Below are positions 8,058-15,934 of a DNA stretch of 64,000 nt, in pieces (position 1 is the stretch's first letter; each line of letters starts with the position of its first letter). A model generated the notes under the pieces. The model was not told the origin of the DNA. It worked only from the letters and a program-made list of their open reading frames with translations, and did not search any database. This DNA is from Deltaproteobacteria bacterium (GTDB lineage: Bacteria; Desulfobacterota; Binatia; UBA12015), in assembly GCA_046583355.1 (NCBI GenBank), contig JAYGCM010000009.1:32808-96807 (forward strand), written 5' to 3'. The translations under genes were made by a program, and so were the position numbers.

Positions 8058-9737
8058 TCAGGAGCGCCCGCGGCCACCGGAGCCCGAACCGCCCGTGCGG
8101 CCGCGCCCTGCGCTATGCCTACTGCCGCCACCGGCGCCTCGGCCATCGGGCGTATGATGCGCACGCGCATTGCCTTGGCTGCCCGAACCATAGCGGCGAC
8201 GCTCGCCGCCACCTTCGCTGCTCGCGCCGTAGCGACGGCGTTCGCCGCCACCTTCGCTGCTCGCACCGTAGCGACGGCGTTCGCCGCCACTCTCGTTGCC
8301 GGAGCCATAACGACGACGCTCGCCCTCATTGCCGGCACCATCGCGACGACGCCCGCCCTCATTGCTGGCACCATCGCGACGGCGCTCGCCGCCACCTTCG
8401 CTGCTCGCGCCATAGCGACGACCTGAGCCGCCGGCGCCGGCGCCGCTGCGCTGGCCGCCGGAGCGCTCATCACGCCTTGCCTGGCCCGAATTGCCCCGAC
8501 CTTGGCTCTGGCTCTGCCGCACGCCCTCGCGCGAGGCGGCCTTCTTCTTCGACTTCATGGCCGATCGGCTGACGACGATCGGTTCGTCGTCGAACCCCTC
8601 GAAGAACATGCGCTCGATCTCGGCACCCAGGTAGCGCTCGGTATCGCGGACCCATTCGGCATCTTCGCGAGTGACGAAGGTACGCGCCTTGCCGCTCTCA
8701 TCGGAGCGACCGGTGCGGCCGATACGATGGGTGTAATTCTCCGGCGTGCTCGGCGGATCGAAGTTGATCACATAAGAGACGCCGGCCACATCGAGACCAC
8801 GAGCGGCAATATCGGTCGCGACCAGAATATCGTATTTGCCGCGACGGAAGCCTTCCATCGCGCGGTCGCGCTGGGCCTGCGACATATTGCCCTGCAGGGC
8901 AACGGCGCTATGGCCCTCTTTGGCGAGCTTCGTCGCCATATGACGCGCGCGGTGCTTGGTGCGCGTGAATATGATCGCCGTGCGGCAATCTTCCTCGGCA
9001 AGCATGCGGTCGAGAAGGTCGCGCTTTTGCTCGGCCGGCACGGGACAAAGAGCATGCTCGATGCGATCGGCCGGGGCGGAATGCGCCAACTCGACAACCT
9101 GCGGGTTGTAGAGGATACGGTCTGCCAGCAGACGAATCTCCTTGGGCATGGTGGCCGAGAAGAGAAGATTCTGGCGCTTCTCCGGCGTGGCACCCAGGAT
9201 GCGCTTCACGTCCGGGAGAAAGCCCATATCAAACATATGGTCGGCCTCGTCGATGACGACCTGCTCGATACGCGAGAGGTCCAGCACGCCCTGCTTGAGC
9301 AGGTCGAGCACGCGGCCGGGGCAACCGACGACGATTTCAGGGCTGCGACGCAGCGCTTCGGCCTGCATGCGGATCGACTTGCCGCCGTAGACGGTAACCG
9401 TGCGGATACGGGTGAATTTCGCCAGCAGGCGGATCTCGGTGTCGATCTGGTTGGCAAGCTCGCGGGTCGGGGCGAGGATCAGAGCCAGCGGGCCCTTGCC
9501 CTGGTGCTGGACCCGGCGTTGCAGGATCGGCAGCGCAAAAGCCGCCGTCTTGCCGGTGCCGGTTTGGGCCAGGCCAAGGACATCGCGGCCTTCGAGACCA
9601 GCCGGAATGGTGTCGGATTGAATCGCGCGAGGGGTGACAAAGCCAGCCTCTGTAAGGCCTTTTTGCAAGGATACGTGTAAGTCGAAGGACTCGAAGCCGG
9701 GCACGGCCTCGGGGTTCAGGGGTTCGTTAGTGGACAA
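8058..9737 (-). CDS. DEAD-box ATP-dependent RNA helicase with RGG/RRYG repeat tail
   Basis: Q-motif region (GFVTPRAIQ), AQTGTGKT, DEAD (VIDEADHM), SAT and HRIGRTGR. Proposed TTG start at 9737 with GGAGA 7 nt upstream. The upstream part of the listed 650-aa ORF looks non-coding. Confidence 0.9.
   Translation of the reverse strand: MSTNEPLNPEAVPGFESFDLHVSLQKGLTEAGFVTPRAIQSDTIPAGLEGRDVLGLAQTGTGKTAAFALPILQRRVQHQGKGPLALILAPTRELANQIDTEIRLLAKFTRIRTVTVYGGKSIRMQAEALRRSPEIVVGCPGRVLDLLKQGVLDLSRIEQVVIDEADHMFDMGFLPDVKRILGATPEKRQNLLFSATMPKEIRLLADRILYNPQVVELAHSAPADRIEHALCPVPAEQKRDLLDRMLAEEDCRTAIIFTRTKHRARHMATKLAKEGHSAVALQGNMSQAQRDRAMEGFRRGKYDILVATDIAARGLDVAGVSYVINFDPPSTPENYTHRIGRTGRSDESGKARTFVTREDAEWVRDTERYLGAEIERMFFEGFDDEPIVVSRSAMKSKKKAASREGVRQSQSQGRGNSGQARRDERSGGQRSGAGAGGSGRRYGASSEGGGERRRDGASNEGGRRRDGAGNEGERRRYGSGNESGGERRRYGASSEGGGERRRYGASSEGGGERRRYGSGSQGNARAHHTPDGRGAGGGSRHSAGRGRTGGSGSGGRGRS
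8170..8425 (-). repeat. In-frame ~39-nt tandem repeat encoding (GGERRRYGASSEG)n in the helicase C-terminal tail
   Basis: The protein tail reads ...GGGERRRDGASNEGGRRRDGAGNEGERRRYGSGNESGGERRRYGASSEGGGERRRYGASSEGGGERRRYGSGS..., and the nucleotide periodicity is visible. Boundaries are approximate. Confidence 0.7.
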
Positions 9738-9970
9738 TGTAAATCTCCGCCGCAGGATGCACGCGTGCGTACAGAACGGCTGTTGGTTCTGACCCACACA
9801 ACAGCCGGGGGCAAGACATAATGAAAAAGCGATGAGACCTCGATCTTCAGACGAGAGGTCCTGTTGTTCACCGCATCGGCCCGCCGCGAAAACGCGTACG
9901 GGGTGTTCCGTATGACCCGACCATACCACCACCACCCCCCAAACGCCAGCCACAAAAAGCCCCCCCAGAA
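9738..9970 (-). promoter_or_regulatory. Long, lower-G+C 5' leader/promoter region of the DEAD-box helicase
   Basis: More than 230 nt with no credible coding signal between the repeat block at 9971 and the helicase start. Long structured leaders are typical of cold-shock-type DEAD-box helicase genes, so this is inference. Confidence 0.4.
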
Positions 9971-10048
9971 AAGGGGACAGACTCAGGTGCACGTCCCCTG
10001 AAGGGAACAAGGGGACGGATTCAGGTACACGTCCCCTGAAGGGGACAG
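9971..10048. repeat. Tandem pair of 38-nt hairpin units (GGGGAC-N14-GTCCCC); same family as 51411-51506
   Basis: Units are 9971-10008 and 10009-10046. The reverse complement of 10009-10036 matches 51427-51454 at 27 of 28 positions. Confidence 0.8.
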
Positions 10049-10055
10049 ATTGAGG

Positions 10056-10748
10056 ATGGCGGGCAAGAGCGTTCTGATTGTCGATGATGATGCGGAGATC
10101 CGGGCAAGTCTGGCGCGGGCGTTGCGGGCCGATGGGATCGAGCCGCGGGAGGCTGCGAGCGGCGAAGAGGCGCTGGCGATGTTTGCGGCAGATCCGGCCG
10201 ACCTGGTGATTCTCGATATCCGGATGCCGCCCGGAATGGATGGCCTCGAGGTCTGCCGGCGGCTGCGAGCGACCTCTGAGGTGCCTCTGATCTTCCTCTC
10301 GGAGGTCGACGGCAACGACGATCAGGTGATGGGTATCGAGCTCGGGGCGTGGGATTACGTCTCGAAGGAAGATTTCTCACCCATTTTGCTGCGCGCCAAG
10401 ATTCGCAATTTTCTCCAGCTCCGCAAAGCACCCCAGGGCCAGCCCGCGGCAGGGCGTGGCGACCTGGAATTCGATGAAATGGCGCGCACCTTCCGGTGGC
10501 GTGGCAATCTCCTGCAACTGACCGCCACCCAGACCGGCCTGCTCGAGGCCCTGGCACGCTGGCCGAATAAGGTCTGGAGCCGCAGCGCCCTGAACGACGC
10601 CGTGCATCCGGATGTCACCATCCAGCCCAAAACCATCGACTCACATATTGCCGGCATCCGCAAGATCCTGCGCGCCCTCGACGTGCCGCGCGGCACCGTC
10701 ATTCTGACCCGGCCGGGAATCGGCTACCAGCTCGGACATTGTAAATGA
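10056..10748 (+). CDS. OmpR-family response regulator
   Basis: Receiver domain (VLIVDDDAEIR...DLVILDIRMPPGMDG...) plus a winged-helix C-terminus (LTATQTGLLEALARWPNKVWSRSAL...IDSHIAGIRKIL). Confidence 0.9.
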   Translation: MAGKSVLIVDDDAEIRASLARALRADGIEPREAASGEEALAMFAADPADLVILDIRMPPGMDGLEVCRRLRATSEVPLIFLSEVDGNDDQVMGIELGAWDYVSKEDFSPILLRAKIRNFLQLRKAPQGQPAAGRGDLEFDEMARTFRWRGNLLQLTATQTGLLEALARWPNKVWSRSALNDAVHPDVTIQPKTIDSHIAGIRKILRALDVPRGTVILTRPGIGYQLGHCK

Positions 10749-12430
10749 CGTGGCGCCGCTCGAGCCCGCCCAGGCTCGCTACGCTGGTCGGGCTCTCGGC
10801 TCTGGCCGCTTTGGTTGCCGCGGCCCTGCTCTTCGCCAGCCTGATGAACCTGCCGCAGGTGCTCGACCGCCAGACGCATATCACCCTGCAGCATCAGGCC
10901 TCGTGGATCGCCGCGCGATACGTCCAGGCCTTTGAGACCGAATTCCGTGGCCCTGCCGGCATGGATATCGCGGGCGAGAACGAACACCGCCGGACGTTTG
11001 CCCGCTACGCCTCCAATTGGGACCTTGTCGGACCCGCCATTCCTCTCAAGCTCAGCTTGGCTCTCGCTACTCTGCGCGACTCTCGCATGCGCTCAGAGCC
11101 CGTCGATCAGGAGCTGCTCCCCGCGGAGGCGCAGGTGCTGGAGAAGATCGACTTCCGGCGGATGCCGCCGGCCCAGAAAGACGAGGCGCTGCGCATTGCC
11201 GGTGATGCCATCGAGGCCCAACTCGAAGTGCTAGCCGAGCAAACCCTGGCCGGACTGAGCATCATTGACCATCATGGCGATGTGGTCGCGAGCTCGGTGC
11301 CCGCCTGGCGTGGCCGTAATGCGGCCGTCGGCATCCGTGAGGTCCGCGCGACACTCGGCGATGGGCACCGCCATGCGGCGCGCCGCCGGCGCCACCTTCC
11401 CGAGGCTTCGGCCGGCCCGCTGGCGCGTTTTTCCGACTACCAGATTTCGCTAGCGGTACCGATATGGAAAGACGGATTTCTACTCGGCGCCGTGCATATT
11501 CTGCGCACGCCGCGCTCGGTGCAAGACCTGCTCAAGGACCTTGGCCCCAGCGTATGGTTCGGCATTGCCTTGCCTTTTCTATTGCTGACGATGACGCTTC
11601 TGGCGGCCATCCGCTTCTTCGCCGTCCTTCCCATCCGCTCTTTGGTGGCCCAGGTCGACCCCGCCCTCACCTCGGCCGCCGCGCGCGAAAGACCGATCCC
11701 CCAGCCCCGCTCGCGCGAGGTAGGCGAGCTCTCCCAAGCGGTGGCGCAAATGGCGCGCTCCATGCGCAAGCAGGCCGAAGAGGCCTCCGCACAGGCCGAC
11801 GACCTCGTGCACAGCATCAAGAATAGTCTTTTGCCGGTACGCCAGGCCACCAGCGAACTCCTGAGCGAAGGGGAGGCAATGAGCACTAGCGAGCGACGCA
11901 CGGCCACCGACCGGATCTCCAGCGGCCTGGACCGTGTCATGGAGCATTCGCTCAAGGTGCTGGAGTTCGCGAATTCCGGACTGCCCAACGAAGAGGCGCG
12001 TGGCCCCACCGACCTGAAAGATGTTCTGGCCGAGTTGGAAGAGGCCGGCCGCACAGTGGAAATCTGTGGCCTCGGAGGCCTCCCGGACCTGCCGATGGTC
12101 GCCATCGAGCGCACCAGCCTGGGAAAAATCCTGGACAGGCTCTTCGAGAACGCCCAGCAGGCCGGCGCCCACTCGGTCGATATCACCATCCGGCAGCGCG
12201 CTGACGCGCTGGTCCTGCGCTGTGCCGATGACGGCCCCGGCGTGCCCGAGCAGCACCGTGCAACGATCTTTCAACGCGGATTCACGACCCGCTCTGCCAG
12301 CGCCGGCACGGGCCTCGGCCTCGCCACGGCGCGGCGCCTGGCCGAGCGCGCCGGTGGCGCACTCTACCTCGACCCAAGCCAGCATGGTGCCGCCTTCGAG
12401 TTGGTCATTCCCTTGCCGCCCGACCTCTGA
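10745..12430 (+). CDS. Sensor histidine kinase (TM-HAMP-HisKA-HATPase)
   Basis: ATGA overlap with the response regulator. H-box region LVHSIKNSLLP, HATPase motifs DDGPGVPE and GTGLGLATARRLAERAGG, and two TM segments. Confidence 0.9.
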   Translation: MTWRRSSPPRLATLVGLSALAALVAAALLFASLMNLPQVLDRQTHITLQHQASWIAARYVQAFETEFRGPAGMDIAGENEHRRTFARYASNWDLVGPAIPLKLSLALATLRDSRMRSEPVDQELLPAEAQVLEKIDFRRMPPAQKDEALRIAGDAIEAQLEVLAEQTLAGLSIIDHHGDVVASSVPAWRGRNAAVGIREVRATLGDGHRHAARRRRHLPEASAGPLARFSDYQISLAVPIWKDGFLLGAVHILRTPRSVQDLLKDLGPSVWFGIALPFLLLTMTLLAAIRFFAVLPIRSLVAQVDPALTSAAARERPIPQPRSREVGELSQAVAQMARSMRKQAEEASAQADDLVHSIKNSLLPVRQATSELLSEGEAMSTSERRTATDRISSGLDRVMEHSLKVLEFANSGLPNEEARGPTDLKDVLAELEEAGRTVEICGLGGLPDLPMVAIERTSLGKILDRLFENAQQAGAHSVDITIRQRADALVLRCADDGPGVPEQHRATIFQRGFTTRSASAGTGLGLATARRLAERAGGALYLDPSQHGAAFELVIPLPPDL

Positions 12431-13037
12431 GCGAACGTGCGGCAGAACGCCACGCAACTACCGAGACGGCAGCCCGAGCCGTAATCACCAGCCGCTCCTC
12501 GCTCGGCAGCCCCGCGCCATCGCTCGGCCAAGACGTCACAAGATAGAGGACGGGCTCGCGCGGGCCGGTGACGATACCCAGATCATGGCGATCGCGTACC
12601 TCGCGCCGGGCAACATGATAATACTGCGCGCCTCCGTCGATATCCTGGATGCGGATGGTATCGCCCGGCATCAGATCGCCAAGAAACGAAAAGTAAGTAT
12701 CGCTATCGCCGACAAGAAATCGGACGGAGCCGCGCCGCCCATCCACCCGCAGCTCGGTGGGGCCGTAGGCGAGCGAATGGCCGGCCGCCGCGCCCAGCAC
12801 GATCTGGTCGACGCCGAGACGCGGCACCCGCAAGCGAGCCCGCACCTCGAGGTCCGCCTCGGGCCAAGGAGCTACGCCCCGGCCCGAGACAATGGCGCGT
12901 TCCCAGGCAAAGCGCAGCAGAACCTGGCTGGCGAAGGCACGCCCATGCAAGAGGGCGGCCGAGCCGAGCAGGCTCAACCCCAATACGCCCACCACCAAGG
13001 CCGTGAAATAGAGACGCTCGCCGCGTGAGCGCAGCAT
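12405..13037 (-). CDS. Sortase-like protein (class GN / marine proteobacterial type) with substituted catalytic His and Cys
   Basis: N-terminal TM, then PWPEADLEVRARLRVPRLGVDQIVLGAAAGHSLAYGP...FLVGDSDTYFSFLGDLMPGDTIRI...LYLVTSWPSDG...ERLVITA. The layout matches sortase, but GDS replaces GHR and TS replaces TC. ATG has a GGAAGGAGAGGG RBS. Confidence 0.6.
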   Translation of the reverse strand: MLRSRGERLYFTALVVGVLGLSLLGSAALLHGRAFASQVLLRFAWERAIVSGRGVAPWPEADLEVRARLRVPRLGVDQIVLGAAAGHSLAYGPTELRVDGRRGSVRFLVGDSDTYFSFLGDLMPGDTIRIQDIDGGAQYYHVARREVRDRHDLGIVTGPREPVLYLVTSWPSDGAGLPSEERLVITARAAVSVVAWRSAARSLRGRAARE

Positions 13038-13134
13038 CAGACCCTCTCCTTCCGCACCGCAAAATACGTCTTGTCAGCCATCATCGCCCCCTCCTGCGTG
13101 GGCCCAGACAAACCTACGACGCGCAGGTGCAGCC

Positions 13135-13608
13135 TTGGCGGAGGAAAAGTGGAGTTCTGGTGGATTCGCGCCGGCGGCCCAAGTCGGCCATCCTCAAGAG
13201 GTGCCCGCCAAAGCTCATCTCCAACAAGCGCGGACCTGCATCGCGCAGCGCCGCTGGTTTGACGCCCACGAAGAATTGGAGGCCATCTGGCGCGAGGCGA
13301 AGGATCCGGAGCGACGCATCCTACAGGGTGTGATCCACCTGGTCGTTTCCTTTGAGCATCTGCGCCGCGGCAACCCCCGCGGCGCACAAGCCCAATGGCT
13401 CAAGGCGCAGACCAAGCTTCAGGCTGGACGCGCGAGATATGAAGGGATCGAGATCGGGAATTGGTACCACGCCATTGCGTCTTTCTACGCCTTGATTGAC
13501 CTCGCAGCAGCGGCCGAGCGCGGCACGTTACCGGAAGATCTGCCGGCCATGGAGGAATGGCCGATTCCCGAAGACCTGCGGGGTTCGGCGGCGGCCTCGG
13601 GCTGCTGA
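13135..13608 (+). CDS. DUF309 domain protein
   Basis: WFDAHEELEAIWREAKDPERRILQGVIHLVVSFEHLRRGNPRGA is the typical DUF309 core. The start is uncertain (TTG 13135 or GTG 13201). Confidence 0.7.
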   Translation: MAEEKWSSGGFAPAAQVGHPQEVPAKAHLQQARTCIAQRRWFDAHEELEAIWREAKDPERRILQGVIHLVVSFEHLRRGNPRGAQAQWLKAQTKLQAGRARYEGIEIGNWYHAIASFYALIDLAAAAERGTLPEDLPAMEEWPIPEDLRGSAAASGC

Positions 13609-13616
13609 CGACCTGC

Positions 13617-14288
13617 CTAAGTCTCCGGCTGTGGGCCACAAGTGACCAGGCTGATCCGTCGTTCCGTGGTCTTCTCCCTACGCCCGAAGACCACGAAGCG
13701 AATCGGAATCAAGCCCGAAAACCAGCGCGCCTCGCGCAGCTCGAAGCCCGCCCTGCCAATGAGCTGATCGAGCTCGTCGCCGCGAAAACGTGTCTGGACC
13801 GGAAAGCCGATCCCCGCGAGCAAGCGCGAAACAACATTCGCCCGCAGGCCTTGGCCATGTGCGAAGGTCGGCGCGACGAGGAGACCTCCGGGGCGTAGCA
13901 CTCTCCAGGCTTCGGCTAGCGCCTCCAACGGCTGCGGTAAAAGATGGAGCAAATTCGCCATCACCACCACGTCAAATGCCGCATCGGGAAAGGACAGCGC
14001 GAGCGCATCGGCCGCGCGGACCTGGATATGCCCGGCCGTACCGACTCGGGCGCGCAGAATCTCGAGCATCTCCTCGCTCGCATCGGTTGCGATATAATGC
14101 CCGGCACCCGGCGCGGCGATCTCGGTCACCATGCCGGTGCCCGCGGCGATCTCCAGCACGTCGCCGGCACCGCGGGTCCGTGCCGCGACCGCCTGCGCCA
14201 TCTCGGCAAAGCCGCTGCTCAAGCGCCGGGTGGCACGGTCGTAGCGGCTTGCGTGCTTCTTCCAGAAAGCCGGGTTTCCATCGGACAT
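13617..14288 (-). CDS. Class I SAM-dependent methyltransferase
   Basis: VLEIAAGTGMVT (motif I) and FDVVVMANLLHLL. Confidence 0.85.
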   Translation of the reverse strand: MSDGNPAFWKKHASRYDRATRRLSSGFAEMAQAVAARTRGAGDVLEIAAGTGMVTEIAAPGAGHYIATDASEEMLEILRARVGTAGHIQVRAADALALSFPDAAFDVVVMANLLHLLPQPLEALAEAWRVLRPGGLLVAPTFAHGQGLRANVVSRLLAGIGFPVQTRFRGDELDQLIGRAGFELREARWFSGLIPIRFVVFGRREKTTERRISLVTCGPQPET

Positions 14289-14409
14289 AGGCCGATTTTA
14301 TCGGGACACGGATTGGTTGCAAGCTCGCACCGTGCTGCCGGGCTCCCGAGACCGCTACGGTTTGCCGTTTGCCGGTGATACCCCCAGAACGAGCACCAAG
14401 GAGGTAACC

Positions 14410-15084
14410 GTGGCATCTCTCACGCTAGCAACGCTCTATTTTATCGGAATTCATGTCTTCATCTCGGGCACGAAGCTGCGCGACGCGATGGTGGCGCGCA
14501 TCGGCGAAGGGCCCTTCATGGGTGTCTTCTCGTTGGCCTCGATCGCCGGTATGGTGTGGATCGTCAGCGCCTACCGCGCCGCGCCCTTGATCCCGCTCTG
14601 GAGTGGCTCCGAGTGGAGCCGGATTCTCGCGCTTGTCGTGATGCTTCCGGCCGTCTTCCTGGTCATGATCGGGCTCACCACGCCGAGCCCGACTACTGCG
14701 GGCATGGACCGCAGCCTGGGGGCCGGCGCACATGGAATCCTGCGCGTGACTCGGCACCCCTTCCTCAGTGGCATCGTGCTCTGGGGGCTGACCCATATGA
14801 TCGCCAACGGCGACGCAGCCTCTTTGCTGCTCTTCGGCGGCTTCACCGCCCTGGCCGCGCTTGGCCCGCGCCTGATCGACACCAAGCGCAGCCGTCGCCT
14901 CGGCGAAGACTACGAGGACTTCATGGCCGTCACCTCCACGCTCCCTTTCGCGGCGATCGTATCTGGCCGAAACCGTTTTGAGCCCGGCGAGCTCGGCGCT
15001 GCCCGCGTCCTGCTGGCGCTTGCGGTCTACGCTGCACTTCTCGGCTCGCATAGGGCACTCTTCGGGGTCTCGCCTCTGGGCTGA
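14410..15084 (+). CDS. NnrU family membrane protein
   Basis: LATLYFIGIHVFISGTKLRD... and RVTRHPFLSGIVLWGLTHMIANGD. GTG 14410 is preceded by AAGGAGG. Confidence 0.8.
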   Translation: MASLTLATLYFIGIHVFISGTKLRDAMVARIGEGPFMGVFSLASIAGMVWIVSAYRAAPLIPLWSGSEWSRILALVVMLPAVFLVMIGLTTPSPTTAGMDRSLGAGAHGILRVTRHPFLSGIVLWGLTHMIANGDAASLLLFGGFTALAALGPRLIDTKRSRRLGEDYEDFMAVTSTLPFAAIVSGRNRFEPGELGAARVLLALAVYAALLGSHRALFGVSPLG

Positions 15085-15111
15085 GCCAGGATTCCGCGTC
15101 CGCAGTACAGC

Positions 15112-15543
15112 TCAGGCAACGCTACGTGCTTCTACCTCAAGGCCGAGCACCGTCGCGGCACGCTCAAAGAGGGGGAAGTCGAAGCTGCGGGCCGGGTCCT
15201 CAAGGGCTGCCAGCAGACGAACGCTGGAGCGGAGACGACGCGCCAATTCCGCCCGCGTAAGTCCGGCATCCCGACGCGCCCGCTGCAGAGCTACCCGGAG
15301 TGCGTAGGTTGGCGGCAAGACGACCCAATGAACCCGGGATCCGCGGGAAGGCCGGCGGTGCCTTGGCAGCGCCGGTGCGTCCTGATCTCGCAGGGAGACT
15401 TCGAGCCACCCGAGAAGAGCGTCCTTCGCCATATCTTCTGCGCTCGGACCGTCTTTCCAACTGCAGGTCTGGCAACCGGGGCAGTCCGGGAACACGATGG
15501 ACTCGGAGCCGTCCTCGGGTGTGATGATTGCCGCGTATTTCAT
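15112..15543 (-). CDS. hicB: HicB-family antitoxin with C-terminal XRE-type HTH
   Basis: MKYAAIITPEDGSESIVFPDCPGCQTCSW...DALLGWLE (HicB fold) followed by GLTRAELARRLRSSVRLLAALE. It starts 4 nt after the hicA stop. Confidence 0.85.
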   Translation of the reverse strand: MKYAAIITPEDGSESIVFPDCPGCQTCSWKDGPSAEDMAKDALLGWLEVSLRDQDAPALPRHRRPSRGSRVHWVVLPPTYALRVALQRARRDAGLTRAELARRLRSSVRLLAALEDPARSFDFPLFERAATVLGLEVEARSVA

Positions 15544-15547
15544 TTCC

Positions 15548-15784
15548 CTACCTGAGCCTCACCCCGGATTGGCGCTCGATACTACGCAGCGTTCCTTGGG
15601 GAAGGTCCCGCTTGCCAGAGTATGGCACTATAACCTCACCAAGTCGGACCGAATGCTGGAACTGGCGATGTGAACCCGAGCCCGATTTCACCTCGTACCA
15701 GCCACCCCGCAAGAGCCGGCGCACCGCCTGTCTCGCCTTCACGCCTGCCCGCGTACGAGCAATCAGGTCCGAGCGATAGACCAT
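15548..15784 (-). CDS. hicA: HicA-family mRNA interferase toxin
   Basis: LLRGGWYEVKSGSGSHRQFQH...VPYSGKRDLPQGTLRSIERQSGV. Confidence 0.85.
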   Translation of the reverse strand: MVYRSDLIARTRAGVKARQAVRRLLRGGWYEVKSGSGSHRQFQHSVRLGEVIVPYSGKRDLPQGTLRSIERQSGVRLR

Positions 15785-15934
15785 CGGCGTTCAGAATGGT
15801 CTGCAAGACAATGCAGGGAGACCATCGCCCCAAGGCATTCGCCCGGGCAGCAGTGCTGGGTTATGGAAGAGAAGACGCCTGTTCAGTGAGCAGGGTCGTA
15901 CCTCCAACTTTTGACGACGCGGGAATTCGGATTG

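Noticed and set aside
8170-8425. 39-nt tandem repeat as a non-coding satellite or CRISPR-like array
   Set aside because: It is in frame with, and continuous with, the helicase ORF and encodes an RGG/RRYG-type tail. It has no unique spacers.
8502-9680. 392-aa plus-strand ORF
   Set aside because: It mirrors the DEAD-box helicase gene and has no motifs. The helicase frame carries all the canonical helicase motifs.
9971-10048. Possible CRISPR array (also considered for 51411..51506)
   Set aside because: There are only two directly abutting units per locus with no spacers between them, and no cas genes lie in the window. The units are themselves hairpins resembling REP elements or operators.
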